A model generated the notes under the pieces. It made no database searches and had not been told where the DNA came from. It was given only the letters and a program-made list of their open reading frames with translations. A DNA stretch of 51,277 nt from a phage: sequence record NC_105513.1. One strand, 5' to 3'. Position 1 is the stretch's first letter. Every line of letters begins with the position of its first letter. Of this stretch, positions 17,043-27,093 are shown one piece after another. The position numbers and the translations under genes were made by a program.

Positions 17043-17555
17043 ATGGCTACAATTGGAGCAAGTTATTTTGCTGTAATGTCTCGTGCGTTACCTGGTCAGG
17101 TTTCTGACACTTCAGCTTATAATATTGATGGCGCTTGTGTTCTTGAGAATGCGGCAGGCAATCAGAATCAGTCTGTTTTTGTTGGTGTGGCGGTCCAGCA
17201 TGGCGGCGTTGATGCTATGGGCAATAAGCTAATTAAGCCGATGGCGGCAAGCGGCAAGGCTTACGGCGTTGCAATTCGATCTCACTTTCAGACAACTTCG
17301 TCTGACGGTCGAATGATTTATGAATCTGGCGGCGGAATCAACGTAATGACTGAGGGGCGTGTTTGGATGTTGGCTAAAGACGCTTCCGCTCCAGCGTTCG
17401 GCGCTACAATCAAACTTTCTGATGATGGTCAGGTTGATACCGCGTCTGGCACTATCGAAACAAACTGGATCGCGACTGGTGATTTCACCGAGTTTCAAGG
17501 CTTGAAGCTGGTAGAGGTTCAGGTGCAAAAAGTTCCGGCAGTTTCAGCAGGTTAA
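17043..17555 (+). CDS. putative head decoration / structural protein
   Basis: 170 aa, RBS AAGGAGAAA; paralogous to 17601..18035. Confidence 0.5.
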   Translation: MATIGASYFAVMSRALPGQVSDTSAYNIDGACVLENAAGNQNQSVFVGVAVQHGGVDAMGNKLIKPMAASGKAYGVAIRSHFQTTSSDGRMIYESGGGINVMTEGRVWMLAKDASAPAFGATIKLSDDGQVDTASGTIETNWIATGDFTEFQGLKLVEVQVQKVPAVSAG

Positions 17556-17562
17556 TAAATAT

Positions 17563-17586
17563 GGCGCTCACTGAGCGCCTTTTTTA
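17563..17586 (+). terminator. rho-independent terminator
   Basis: GGCGCTC-ACT-GAGCGCC then TTTTTTAT. Confidence 0.65.
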
Positions 17587-17600
17587 TATTTGGGGTTATC

Positions 17601-18035
17601 ATGAGTGATTATTCAGTCATTGTTGGCGCTGAGTCGCCAGGGTGCATGGTCGATTCTTCAATAATGGTGATTAACGGATCTTTCGTGTGCGGAGATGAAT
17701 TTATTGCGCCAGGTAAGATTGTGCGACTATCACATATAATAAATGGATACAAAATAGCAAGTGTTCATGGGGATCTTGTTATTGGCGTGGTAGTAAGGCC
17801 GCCGGACTCGTGCATATATGAGGAGGGTGATCCCGTTAATGTGGTTAGTAGAGGTAGTGTGTGGTGCTTAACTTCTGAGAGCGAAGCGCCAGAATATGGA
17901 GATAAAGTATTTGTAACGCAAGATGGAGATGCGGCATACAGTGAAGGCGACTTGCTGAGCGGTTGGATCTTTACTGGCGAACATGTAAAGGTTGATCATG
18001 ATTCATATATTGTCGGGGTAAGCATTAGCGCATAA
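17601..18035 (+). CDS. putative head structural protein (paralog of upstream gene)
   Basis: 144 aa; shares G-V-x-V..G.VW...A..G...DG pattern with 17043..17555. Confidence 0.5.
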   Translation: MSDYSVIVGAESPGCMVDSSIMVINGSFVCGDEFIAPGKIVRLSHIINGYKIASVHGDLVIGVVVRPPDSCIYEEGDPVNVVSRGSVWCLTSESEAPEYGDKVFVTQDGDAAYSEGDLLSGWIFTGEHVKVDHDSYIVGVSISA

Positions 18036-18054
18036 CACAAAATTATGTTGCACG

Positions 18055-18072
18055 TTTAACAAAAAATGCTAT
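18055..18072 (-). promoter_or_regulatory. orphan box copy, inverted relative to flanking genes
   Basis: TTTAACAAAAAATGCTAT about 50 bp upstream of major capsid ATG; no -10 at 21-22 bp on the minus strand. Confidence 0.4.
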
Positions 18073-18118
18073 CATTGTGGCGTTACATACTAACAGCCTT
18101 TATATATGGAGGAAGAAA

Positions 18119-19093
18119 ATGGAAAAAGAAAAATTTGATCAGCTAGATGCGGATATTGTTTCTAGCTATCTGGCTACTCGCGGCGTTAAGGGTGATGCTT
18201 CTGATATGGGTATCTGGACGGCGCAAGAGCTTCACAAGATCCGCTCAACTGCTTACGAGAAAGAATATCCGGCAGGTTCAGCGCTTCGTGTATTCCCTGT
18301 AACTAATGAGCTTTCTGATACTGATAAGACTTTTGAATATCAGATGTTTGACAAGGTTGGTTACGCAAAAATTATCGCTGATTACACCGACGATCTGCCG
18401 ACCGTTGACGCGCTGATGTCCAGCGAATTTGGTAAAGTGTTCCGCTTGGGTAACGCGTTCTTGATCTCCATTGACGAAATCAAGGCTGGTCAGCGCACTG
18501 GTAAGAGCCTTTCCACTCGCAAGGCAAACGCAGCGCAAAACGCTCATGATCAGGAAGTTAACCGCCTGGTGTTTAAGGGTTCAAAGCCGCATAAGATTCT
18601 TTCGGTGTTTGAGCACCCTAACCTGACAAAGATCGTGTCAACTGGCTGGTTAAGTGCTGATGAAAACACTAAGTTCCCGCAGGCGGCATCTGATGAACTG
18701 GAAAAGGCTATTGAAACAATTCAGACCATCACCAATGGTCAGCACCGAGCAACCAACATCCTGATTCCGCCGTCTATGCGCAAGGTTCTTTCCGTTCGAA
18801 TGGAAAACACCACTGAAAGTTATCTGGAATACTTCCAGAAACAAAACAGCGGAATCACCATTGACTCAATCGCAGAGCTTGAGGATATTGATGGCACAGG
18901 AACGAAAGGTTGCCTGGTATATGAGAAAGACCCGATGAACATGTCGATCGAAATTCCAGAAGCATTTAACATGCTTCCTGCGCAACCAAAAGATCTGCAT
19001 TTCAAAGTTCCATGTACTTCAAAATGTACTGGCCTGACGATTTACCGTCCGTTTACGCTAGTACTTATTACTGGCTTGAAAAAATCAGGTTAA
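18119..19093 (+). CDS. major capsid protein
   Basis: 324 aa from MEKEKFDQ, RBS GGAGGAAG; strong terminator downstream; position and size. Confidence 0.7.
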   Translation: MEKEKFDQLDADIVSSYLATRGVKGDASDMGIWTAQELHKIRSTAYEKEYPAGSALRVFPVTNELSDTDKTFEYQMFDKVGYAKIIADYTDDLPTVDALMSSEFGKVFRLGNAFLISIDEIKAGQRTGKSLSTRKANAAQNAHDQEVNRLVFKGSKPHKILSVFEHPNLTKIVSTGWLSADENTKFPQAASDELEKAIETIQTITNGQHRATNILIPPSMRKVLSVRMENTTESYLEYFQKQNSGITIDSIAELEDIDGTGTKGCLVYEKDPMNMSIEIPEAFNMLPAQPKDLHFKVPCTSKCTGLTIYRPFTLVLITGLKKSG

Positions 19094-19105
19094 TCGTATA
19101 ACATT

Positions 19106-19136
19106 GGGGAATCCTTAACTGGATTCCCTTTTTTAT
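19106..19136 (+). terminator. rho-independent terminator after major capsid gene
   Basis: GGGGAATCC-TTAACT-GGATTCCC then TTTTTT. Confidence 0.7.
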
Positions 19137-19149
19137 TGGAGGTTATGAA

Positions 19150-19422
19150 ATGGCTAAAGAAAAAACTGTAACGCTAAAGGTTTCCGGCGTGTGCCTTATC
19201 ATTGTTGATGGTGAGCATTATCATCCAGGCAAAGAGTTTGACGTAGAAGAATCAAAATTGAAAACAAGCGCGTTTGAATATCTAATTGCAAAAGGCGATC
19301 TGGAGGTTAAAGACAACTCCGCATTGAATGAAGAAATCAAACAGAGCGCAGCAAGCAAACGTAAAAAAGACCCGCGAGAGGGCAAGAGCAAAGCCGAACT
19401 TGAAGACGGCGGCATCTATTAA
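19150..19422 (+). CDS. hypothetical protein
   Basis: 90 aa ORF between two terminators. Confidence 0.5.
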   Translation: MAKEKTVTLKVSGVCLIIVDGEHYHPGKEFDVEESKLKTSAFEYLIAKGDLEVKDNSALNEEIKQSAASKRKKDPREGKSKAELEDGGIY

Positions 19423-19428
19423 TAAAGA

Positions 19429-19448
19429 GGGCGCTATAAGCGCCCTTT
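19429..19448 (+). terminator. possible terminator / stabilising hairpin
   Basis: GGGCGC-TATAA-GCGCCC then TTTGT, short U-run. Confidence 0.4.
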
Positions 19449-19469
19449 GTCATATCTGGAGGAAACACA

Positions 19470-19886
19470 ATGGTTGATGAATTTTTCACTGACGCAGAAA
19501 TCACGCAGCAAATCGTGAAATTAGCTCCACCGATGAAACAGATTGATCCAGATTTAATGGTGACATGGATTGATCTGGCAAAGGAATTTGTTTGCAAGAA
19601 GCGGTTTAAAGAATCATATCCAAAAGCGGTTGCTCTTTATACGTTGCACCTTATGACGCTTGATGGAGCCATGAAGCAAGAAGGGGAAAGCGTAGAAAGT
19701 TACTCGCGGCGAGTTGCGTCATTTTCCCTGACTGGTGAATTTAGCCAGACTTTTGATCGAGTGTCAGGCGACTCTGGCGGAAAAGAGATTAGACAAACTC
19801 CCTGGGGGAAAATGTACGAAACGCTAAATCGTAAGAAAGGCGGTGGATTTGGCCTTGTGACTGGATTTCGGAGGCGCTGCAAATGA
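19470..19886 (+). CDS. putative head-tail connector protein
   Basis: 138 aa, RBS GGAGGAAA; assigned by gene order. Confidence 0.4.
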   Translation: MVDEFFTDAEITQQIVKLAPPMKQIDPDLMVTWIDLAKEFVCKKRFKESYPKAVALYTLHLMTLDGAMKQEGESVESYSRRVASFSLTGEFSQTFDRVSGDSGGKEIRQTPWGKMYETLNRKKGGGFGLVTGFRRRCK

Positions 19887-20254
19887 ACTATAACGAGATC
19901 GCAAGAATGGCAACCGAAGGAATTAACTTCTTTAGTGATAGCAACGGTGAGTTTAAGTGCATAACGCAGCGTGGAAGCGTTGAAATCATTGGAGGCGAAG
20001 AAGTAGAAAAGCCAGAGATTAGTGTAATGATTAATGGTTTAATTCGATCCCCAAAAGTCCGAGAGGTTGACGGCGAGACAATACGAGTAACAGATAAGTT
20101 GGGAGTTTTTAACAATAAAGTTGAAATTAAGAACGGGTATCATATTGATGTTGATGGTGAATTATATGTTGTAGTTGAAGCAAGACCAATCAGGCAAACC
20201 AATGTCACTGTTGCTTATCGGCCTATTTTGAGAAGGATTTCTGTACATGGCTAA
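19883..20254 (+). CDS. putative head-tail joining protein
   Basis: 123 aa, overlapping starts; gene order. Confidence 0.4.
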   Translation: MNYNEIARMATEGINFFSDSNGEFKCITQRGSVEIIGGEEVEKPEISVMINGLIRSPKVREVDGETIRVTDKLGVFNNKVEIKNGYHIDVDGELYVVVEARPIRQTNVTVAYRPILRRISVHG

Positions 20255-20690
20255 AAACTACACGATAAGGGAATTTCACGGCAACATTGATGCGTGGATA
20301 AAAGCCGTTGATAGTGGACTAAAAGATTGCGTGGAGTTGTTCGCCGAAAAAGTACACACAGATTTGGTTAAGCGTTCTCCGGTAGATACTGGTCGTTACC
20401 GTGGAAACTGGCAGGTGACAGCAAATAAGCCGCCATTGTATGCGCTTAATCAGTACGATAAGCACGGAGACAAAACGATCGCGGAAGGAAAACGTGCCAT
20501 ATACGCAATATTACGAGGTGGCGGCGCAGTAAGAGCTATTTATTTTTCTAACATGCTTATTTATGCTAACGCGCTTGAGTACGGTCATTCAAAACAAGCG
20601 CCAGCGGGTGTGCTTGGTATTGTTGCCGTGAAATTGCGTTCATATATGGCTGAGGCAATAAAAGAGTCGAGGGCAAAAAATGCACTATGA
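20247..20690 (+). CDS. putative neck / tail component
   Basis: 147 aa; gene order. Confidence 0.4.
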   Translation: MAKNYTIREFHGNIDAWIKAVDSGLKDCVELFAEKVHTDLVKRSPVDTGRYRGNWQVTANKPPLYALNQYDKHGDKTIAEGKRAIYAILRGGGAVRAIYFSNMLIYANALEYGHSKQAPAGVLGIVAVKLRSYMAEAIKESRAKNAL

Positions 20691-21078
20691 ATTAATGCTA
20701 TCGGCGCGTAAGGCGCTGGCGACTGAATACGAAAGCAGATTCATGATCGCTTATGAAAACGTAGAGTTTACGCCACCTGGTGACGGTTCGCCGTGGTTGA
20801 AGTTTGACTATGCCGAAGTTAACACAGAATACTTGTCATTGGATCGAAAATGCGTTTCTTATATCGGAATGATTCAGGTTGGCATTGTGTTTCCACCAGG
20901 TTACGGAACTGACAGGCCGCGCGTTCTCGCTAAAGAGATTGCGCAATTCTTTTACGATGGTAAAATGCTGGAGCATGGTTATATATATGAGGGTGCAAGA
21001 GTTCACAAACCGCTCAAGAGTGAAAGCGGATGGCTTCTCCCTATAAGGTTTTATGTTCGAATTGAAACAAAGGAGTAA
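20680..21078 (+). CDS. putative tail completion protein
   Basis: 132 aa; gene order. Confidence 0.4.
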   Translation: MHYELMLSARKALATEYESRFMIAYENVEFTPPGDGSPWLKFDYAEVNTEYLSLDRKCVSYIGMIQVGIVFPPGYGTDRPRVLAKEIAQFFYDGKMLEHGYIYEGARVHKPLKSESGWLLPIRFYVRIETKE

Positions 21079-21083
21079 AAATT

Positions 21084-21746
21084 ATGCATTTACCAAATGG
21101 ATCGCAAATTTTCGTTGAGAGCAATCGCGGAAGCGAAATCCAAGCAACAGCAGTGTCAAACGCCAAAGATCCTGTTTTCACTGTTGCATCTGGCGGCACT
21201 GCGTACAAGAAAGGTGATTATGTGATCATCACTGCGTCTTCTTGGGGTAAGCTGATTGATCGTGTTATGCGTGTAAAGGCTAACGGTGAAGAAACAAGCG
21301 TGACTCTTGAAGGTGTAGATACTACTGATCAGAACGTTTTCCCGACTGGCGGTACTGCATCTTTTGCCAAAATTGATGCATGGACTGAGATCCCTTGCGT
21401 TCAAGATTTGTCGCAGGACGGCGGCGAACAGCAATACTACACTTATCAGTGTTTGGCAGACGATCAGGAACAGCAGTTACCTACCTATAAGAGCGCCGTT
21501 TCTCTTACCTACACTTTTGCGCACGAATACGATAACGCGATCTATCCGCTATTGCGTTCAGCAGATGAATCAGGCGAAGTAACCGCGCTTCGCATGTATG
21601 TACCAAAAGCAAAAGAGATGCGTTGCTGGGCTGGTGTCCTTTCGTTTAACGAAATCCCGAAGACCACAGTTAACGAAATGGAAACCGTTTCCCTATCTGT
21701 ATCCCTGAAAGGTCGATTCACCTTCCTACCTTCTCAAGTAGCATAA
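21084..21746 (+). CDS. major tail protein
   Basis: 220 aa, RBS AAGGAG; followed by strong terminator then chaperone and tape measure genes. Confidence 0.6.
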   Translation: MHLPNGSQIFVESNRGSEIQATAVSNAKDPVFTVASGGTAYKKGDYVIITASSWGKLIDRVMRVKANGEETSVTLEGVDTTDQNVFPTGGTASFAKIDAWTEIPCVQDLSQDGGEQQYYTYQCLADDQEQQLPTYKSAVSLTYTFAHEYDNAIYPLLRSADESGEVTALRMYVPKAKEMRCWAGVLSFNEIPKTTVNEMETVSLSVSLKGRFTFLPSQVA

Positions 21747-21752
21747 TCACAA

Positions 21753-21774
21753 GGGGCGTTGCGCCCCTTTTTTT
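21753..21774 (+). terminator. rho-independent terminator after major tail gene
   Basis: GGGGCG-TTG-CGCCCC then TTTTTTT. Confidence 0.7.
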
Positions 21775-21807
21775 GTTACTGTACAATCATGCTACACGAT
21801 TCATAAT
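21773..21807 (+). promoter_or_regulatory. putative promoter TTGTTA-N23-CATAAT
   Basis: immediately after major-tail terminator, upstream of chaperone gene. Confidence 0.4.
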
Positions 21808-21813
21808 CAATTC

Positions 21814-21832
21814 TTTTAACAAAAAGTGCTAT
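21814..21832 (-). promoter_or_regulatory. orphan box copy, inverted, abutting RBS of chaperone gene
   Basis: TTTTAACAAAAAGTGCTAT directly before CAAGGAGAAAGAAATG. Confidence 0.4.
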
Positions 21833-21845
21833 CAAGGAGAAAGAA

Positions 21846-22163
21846 ATGTCAAAAATGAAATTGACGATTGGGCCGCTTCCTGACTTTAAATTACCAGTGA
21901 AATTTGCAATGCCTAACGGAGAAGATCAAACAATTATCTTCACAGTTCGCCACCGCAAAACAAGTGAGATTCACGATCGCTACACGTCAGATACTCCAAT
22001 GAGCGATGTTGAAATGATCACCTTCCTTGCTTCCGGTTGGAATCTTGATGATGAATTTAACGAAGAAAATATTAAACAGCTTCTTGATTACTACCCAGCA
22101 ACAGCAATCGGATTAACTAGCGCATACATGAAAGCGCTTGCGGGGCAGCGAGTAAAAAACTAA
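21846..22163 (+). CDS. tail assembly chaperone (G-like)
   Basis: 105 aa; ends at slippery heptamer A_AAA_AAC 22154..22160 directly before TAA. Confidence 0.7.
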   Translation: MSKMKLTIGPLPDFKLPVKFAMPNGEDQTIIFTVRHRKTSEIHDRYTSDTPMSDVEMITFLASGWNLDDEFNEENIKQLLDYYPATAIGLTSAYMKALAGQRVKN

Positions 22164-22474
22164 AAAGGGCGGTTTACCTGTTTTATCAGAAACCGCCGAC
22201 AGATGCAGAGCTTGAGGCTGTTGGCCTTACAAGGGCAGACTATGAAGGAGAAGATCCGCCAGAGGTTATATTTGATGAAAGCATGATGCAATCATGGGAT
22301 ATATTTTGCGCAATGCAAACGCAATGGAGATGTTCTGGCGGTGGCGCTTACGGATTTGATTATAATGTCTTGCCTATGCTTTTTGAGATTTACAAGGTTG
22401 AGGATCGCGAGATGGCGCTAAACGACTTGCGAATCATGGAGCAAAAAGCACTTGAAATGATGCATTCAAAATAA
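21846..22474 (+). CDS. tail assembly chaperone -1 frameshift product (GT-like)
   Basis: -1 frame is open from the slippery site to 22474 (KKLKRAVYLFYQK...); stem-loop GGCGGTTT...AAACCGCC downstream of slip site. Confidence 0.55.
22154..22160 (+). other. programmed -1 ribosomal frameshift slippery heptamer A_AAA_AAC
   Basis: canonical X_XXY_YYZ in the zero frame, directly before stop; -1 frame open for 104 codons. Confidence 0.6.
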
Positions 22475-22496
22475 GCGCCTACGGGCGCTTTTTTAT
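22474..22496 (+). terminator. rho-independent terminator after GT frameshift ORF
   Basis: AGCGCC-TACG-GGCGCT then TTTTTT. Confidence 0.6.
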
Positions 22497-22513
22497 TACC
22501 TGGAGGATTAATA

Positions 22514-25186
22514 ATGTCAGAACAATACGCAGGCTTGACGCTTGGGGTTGACGTTTCTCAACTCAACAATGCTGTAAAGTCTTTGCAGCAATTCAAGAAG
22601 GCAAACGACGACGCAAAGGGAAGCATTGAGAGTTTTGTTGATTCAGAGGTTGTTGCAAGACAAAGAGCCAAACAACTGGCTGAGGAATTGGCAAAGCAGA
22701 AGCAAGAATTTAAAGCAATTCAGTCGGCAATAGATCCGACAGCAAGCAAAATGGATAAGTTGCGCCAGGCTGCGACACAGCTTGATGCGCTTTGGAAAAA
22801 AGGAATTGTTCCGGATGATACATTCTTTGAGTTAGGATCAATTCTTGAGACGCAGCAAAACAAACTGATCGCAACTAAAAAGGCGCTAACTGAAGAAGGC
22901 CGCGCGGCGCTTGAGGAAGCAAAAAACAAGGCAAGGGCAGAGGCTGAGGCAAGAAAGTTCATTGCGGCATTGCAGGCGCAAGCTGACGCAGCGGAAAAAA
23001 CAAAATCAGAGCTTGTCGAAATGAGAGCCGCACAACTTGGAGTTAGTGCAGAGGCAGCGCCATTTATTGCAAAAATGAAGGAGCAGGAAAAACAAGCCTC
23101 AAAACTTGGCGTTTCTATGGGGCAGTACAAGCAAGCAATGGCGCAATTGCCAATGCAGATCACTGACGTTGTTACTTCTCTTGCTTCAGGTATGCCAGTA
23201 TGGATGATCGCAATCCAGCAGGGGGGGCAAATCAAGGACTCATTCGGCGGTGTTGCTAATACGTTTAAAGCGCTAATGACATTTGTCACGCCGCTAAGTG
23301 TTGGCATGACGGCGCTGACTGGTGCGCTTGGTTATGCTGCATATAATGCATACAAAGCAAATGCGCAACTAAAGGAGATCACAAAAACCGTTCAGGAGGC
23401 AACTGGTCTTTCTGGTGATTTTGCGGAGCGTATTGCAACTGGAATCCAGGCGCTATCTGACAAGACAGGAGAGAGCGCAGACAATATCGCAAAGGCTTAC
23501 ATAAGCACGAAGGATGGAGCAAGCGAGGCTATACAAAAACTCGTCGATGTTGGTTTTACCTATGATGAAGCAAAGGCTAAGGTAAACGAATACAAAAACG
23601 CATCAAGTTTTGTAAGTCTTAACAATGAAATTGCTGATCACAAAAACAAAGTTCTTGAGCTTGGTGATTCATGGTATGCGGTCTTAAAAGCAAAACGTGA
23701 TTATGCTTCACCGTCCGGCGGGCTGTTGGGGAAAGAGCTTGGTTATGTGAATCCAATGCTGCAATTTGCGAAGAACACCTATGAGGATATAGGAAAGATC
23801 GTAAAAGATGCGAATAAGGATATGGCGGAACGAGCAGCACGCATCGACAGAGAAAACCTTTCATTAAACAGAGTTCGAGCGGCGCAAGAGGCTTTAAACA
23901 AAGCCATAGAGGATCAGAAGAACGTAGCAAGGACAGCAGACGAAGAGTTGAAAAAGCGCGCGGCTGAGAACGTGGAGTTCAGGCGAAAAGAGCTTGAAGA
24001 GGCGAAGAAGGCGCAGCAGCAAAAGGAGAAAGTTGGTGGAGTTGTAAAAGCACCAACAGAGCAGCTTGATAAGGAGCTATATGTTCTCAAGGCGCAACTT
24101 GAAACGCTGAAAGAGCACCGAACTGTAAATGATGTTATTTCACGCCAGAGGCAATCTTTGTGGAGCATTGAAAAGCAGATCCAGATCCTTGAGGAAGCGC
24201 AAAGTAAACGCAAGCTGACAAAAGCGGAACAGGCGTTACTAAACGAGCAAAAAGCAGTTATTGCTATGGCAAAAGAAAAGGCAGAGATAGGCGATCAGAT
24301 TGTTTTGCAACAGAGAAAGAACAAGCAATACCAGGAAGGGCTTAAATTCATTCAGCAAACATCAGATGCTATTGACGCTATGAACTTGCGACAGTCTGGA
24401 GCTACAGATCTGCAAATCCAGCGAGAGCTTGAGTTGAAGAAGTTGCGAACTGATTATGTTGCTGGCGGCGGTAGTATCGACGATGAAATTTATCAGCAGA
24501 TGGAAGCAAAGCTGAAGGAGTATTACGCCACTGAGGATCAGCTTAGAAATAACTGGATTGCAGGAGCAAAAAACGCATGGGAGGTTTACGGACAAGATGC
24601 AATGGATATGTACGGCAACGTGCAAGATATTGCAAGCGAGGCGCTCAACGGTCTAACCAACCAAATGGCTACATTCCTTGCAACAGGAAAGGCAAACTTT
24701 AAGAGCTTCGCAACGTCAATCATCCAAATGATTATCCAGATGATCACAAAGATGGTTATCTTTAATGCCATATCCGGTGCGATTGGCGGTGACACTTGGA
24801 CGATTGGAAGCCTTCTTAAAAATGTTGGATTTGCAACTGGTGGATACACTGGCGACGGCGGGAAGTATGAGCCAGCAGGTGTTGTTCATAAAGGCGAGTT
24901 TGTCATGACGAAGGAGGCCACGAAGCGGATCGGAGTTGGAAATCTTTACAAAATGATGCGCGGTTATGCAAATGGCGGCGTTGTTGGCGGCACTTCATAC
25001 ACTGGCGGCGGAGTTTCATCTGGAGCAACAAATCTTAATATTGGCGGGATCAGCGTTGATATTAACAACGGAAGCGATCCGAAAGGGTTGGAGACTGGCG
25101 TAAAAATGATTTTCACTGATATGATTAAGCGTTCCTGTACGCAGGGTGGGGAAGTTTACGAATTTGTTATGTCTAAGCGGGGGTGA
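22514..25186 (+). CDS. tail tape measure protein
   Basis: 890 aa, long alpha-helical charged N-terminal two-thirds, hydrophobic segment, Gly-rich C-terminus; position after G/GT. Confidence 0.85.
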   Translation: MSEQYAGLTLGVDVSQLNNAVKSLQQFKKANDDAKGSIESFVDSEVVARQRAKQLAEELAKQKQEFKAIQSAIDPTASKMDKLRQAATQLDALWKKGIVPDDTFFELGSILETQQNKLIATKKALTEEGRAALEEAKNKARAEAEARKFIAALQAQADAAEKTKSELVEMRAAQLGVSAEAAPFIAKMKEQEKQASKLGVSMGQYKQAMAQLPMQITDVVTSLASGMPVWMIAIQQGGQIKDSFGGVANTFKALMTFVTPLSVGMTALTGALGYAAYNAYKANAQLKEITKTVQEATGLSGDFAERIATGIQALSDKTGESADNIAKAYISTKDGASEAIQKLVDVGFTYDEAKAKVNEYKNASSFVSLNNEIADHKNKVLELGDSWYAVLKAKRDYASPSGGLLGKELGYVNPMLQFAKNTYEDIGKIVKDANKDMAERAARIDRENLSLNRVRAAQEALNKAIEDQKNVARTADEELKKRAAENVEFRRKELEEAKKAQQQKEKVGGVVKAPTEQLDKELYVLKAQLETLKEHRTVNDVISRQRQSLWSIEKQIQILEEAQSKRKLTKAEQALLNEQKAVIAMAKEKAEIGDQIVLQQRKNKQYQEGLKFIQQTSDAIDAMNLRQSGATDLQIQRELELKKLRTDYVAGGGSIDDEIYQQMEAKLKEYYATEDQLRNNWIAGAKNAWEVYGQDAMDMYGNVQDIASEALNGLTNQMATFLATGKANFKSFATSIIQMIIQMITKMVIFNAISGAIGGDTWTIGSLLKNVGFATGGYTGDGGKYEPAGVVHKGEFVMTKEATKRIGVGNLYKMMRGYANGGVVGGTSYTGGGVSSGATNLNIGGISVDINNGSDPKGLETGVKMIFTDMIKRSCTQGGEVYEFVMSKRG

Positions 25187-25242
25187 TAGTGAAACTTGAG
25201 CAATTCAAATGGTGCACGCAAACGCAAGGAGGCGGCGGCACT

Positions 25243-25539
25243 ATGACCACATCAAATAACGACAGGGAAATCTCATTTGGTAATGGTTACACGCAGGTTG
25301 CGTCAGGAGGGTTTAACACGGTACGCAGGGAGTTTTCCATTGTCTATGTTGGCAAGGATTACAGAGACGTTGTTGACTTCCTGAATGGACACAGGCTGAA
25401 GCCGTTTTTATGGTTTATGCCTGACGGTCAACCTGGTCTATTCAGGGTAAAATCTGGTAGCGTTGGATTAACTCCAATATCAGCAACCGTTCAGGAAGTG
25501 AAAGCAACATTTACTGAGCAATTTACATCAATGCAATAA
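25243..25539 (+). CDS. minor tail protein (lambda M-like)
   Basis: 98 aa from MTTSNND, RBS AAGGAGG; position after tape measure. Confidence 0.6.
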   Translation: MTTSNNDREISFGNGYTQVASGGFNTVRREFSIVYVGKDYRDVVDFLNGHRLKPFLWFMPDGQPGLFRVKSGSVGLTPISATVQEVKATFTEQFTSMQ

Positions 25540-25542
25540 TTC

Positions 25543-25568
25543 AAGCCGCCTTTGTGCGGCTTTTTTAT
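25543..25568 (+). terminator. rho-independent terminator
   Basis: AAGCCGC-CTTTGT-GCGGCTT then TTTTATT. Confidence 0.6.
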
Positions 25569-25600
25569 TGATGATACAATGCACGAAAGGAGGTGCAATC

Positions 25601-26362
25601 ATGGCTAATGAAACAACAGGTCGCGCGGATCTTGAAAATTGTCTGCAAAGCCTTTACCCTGGCGAGATTATCACGCTAATTGAGATTGACGGCACAAAGT
25701 TTGGCGCAAACATTTACCGCATACACAATGAGAACATCTCATACACTGCGGAAGAATTATTGCAGGCGCGAGAAACTGGAGTTCTTCCGCCGAAAGAGAT
25801 TACATTCCGTGGCGAGGTTTACGGCGCGCGACCGTTTGGAATATCTGGAATCAACTTCACAAGCAACGGAAAGGCTGATAAGCCACAATTGATACTATCA
25901 AACCTTGATAGCCAGGTGAGCGCGATGATTCGCAACTTTAACGGCATGATGCAAGCTAAGGTTACAATCTGGATCACGCCAGCGGAATTAATGGGGAAAG
26001 ATGGCAGCATTAAAGATGGAGCCTCAAGAAAGCTGGTTTACTACATTGAGCGCCCAAGCCATTACAATAGAATGATGGCGAAATTTGACCTGACATCGCC
26101 TTATGATATGGATGGAATAATGATTCCTCCGCGAATAACTCAAAGCGTTTGTTATTGGGCGCAGCGTGGATGGTATAGAAGCGGAAAAGGTTGCGGATAC
26201 AATGGATCGCGAATGTTTGACAAAGACAACAATCCTATAACCGATCCATCTCAAGACTTTTGCGCCGGAACTGTAACGGCGTGCAAACTTCGTTTTGGTG
26301 CAGATAAGCAGCTTGATTTTGGCGGTGCACCAGTAGCAAGCCTGTTAAGGAGAAATCAGTGA
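25601..26362 (+). CDS. minor tail protein (lambda L-like)
   Basis: 253 aa from MANETTGR, RBS AAGGAGG; gene order. Confidence 0.65.
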   Translation: MANETTGRADLENCLQSLYPGEIITLIEIDGTKFGANIYRIHNENISYTAEELLQARETGVLPPKEITFRGEVYGARPFGISGINFTSNGKADKPQLILSNLDSQVSAMIRNFNGMMQAKVTIWITPAELMGKDGSIKDGASRKLVYYIERPSHYNRMMAKFDLTSPYDMDGIMIPPRITQSVCYWAQRGWYRSGKGCGYNGSRMFDKDNNPITDPSQDFCAGTVTACKLRFGADKQLDFGGAPVASLLRRNQ

Positions 26363-27093
26363 TGATTAGTGCAAAAATAAAACTTGAAATAATGCAGCAC
26401 GTAAAAGATGAATACCCGCGCGAGGCGTGCGGGGTTATCACTCAAAAATCACGCGTGCAAAAATACCACCGCATAACCAACGTGCATGATGATCCTGAAA
26501 ATCATTTTGAGATGAACGCAATTGAATACGTTGAGGCGTGTGAAAGTGGCGAGCTTATTGCTGTTGTGCATAGCCACACTGGAGACGGTGCAAGTACAAT
26601 TCCAAGCGCCCATGATACATGCATGTGTGATGAGATGGGTGTTTCATGGGTTATTGTGTCATGGCCAGAAGGTGATATGAGAATAATTGAGCCTGAATCT
26701 CGTCCTCTGATTGGTCGCCCGTGGTCGCTTGGGGCGTATGATTGCTGGGGGCTTATTATGGCATGGCACAAGCAACATGGCGTTATCCTGAATGATTTCA
26801 GGAAACCATATGAATGGTGGAAGCCTGAGCACGGCGAAAATCTTTACCAGGAAAATTATCTGAAAGAGGGTTTTGTTGAAACAGGAGAGACGCCAAAACC
26901 TGGTGATATGGTTATCTTTCAGCTTTCCGCGCCAGTGTGGAATCATGCAGGCATTTATCTTGGCAACAATCAATTGCTTCATCATGCCTTTGGCAAGTTG
27001 TCAAGGGTTGATTTGTATTCTGGATGGTATCAGGAACATGCAAAAATGGTTTGTAGACACAAGGATCTGAAATATGACTTTGAAGGTAATTAA
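26359..27093 (+). CDS. tail assembly protein (lambda K-like, MPN/JAB + NlpC/P60)
   Basis: 244 aa; JAB-like EACGVI...HSHT motif then NlpC/P60-like DCWGL Cys and downstream His. Confidence 0.8.
   Translation: MMISAKIKLEIMQHVKDEYPREACGVITQKSRVQKYHRITNVHDDPENHFEMNAIEYVEACESGELIAVVHSHTGDGASTIPSAHDTCMCDEMGVSWVIVSWPEGDMRIIEPESRPLIGRPWSLGAYDCWGLIMAWHKQHGVILNDFRKPYEWWKPEHGENLYQENYLKEGFVETGETPKPGDMVIFQLSAPVWNHAGIYLGNNQLLHHAFGKLSRVDLYSGWYQEHAKMVCRHKDLKYDFEGN

Noticed and set aside
22720-23307. Minus-strand 195-aa ORF inside the tape measure gene, and similar antisense ORFs (13238..13819, 3943..4584, 3858..4319, 14496..14744, 39507..39740)
   Set aside because: Fully embedded antisense in well-supported long genes or promoter regions; low-complexity translations typical of antisense reading of Ala/Lys-rich or repeat-rich genes.
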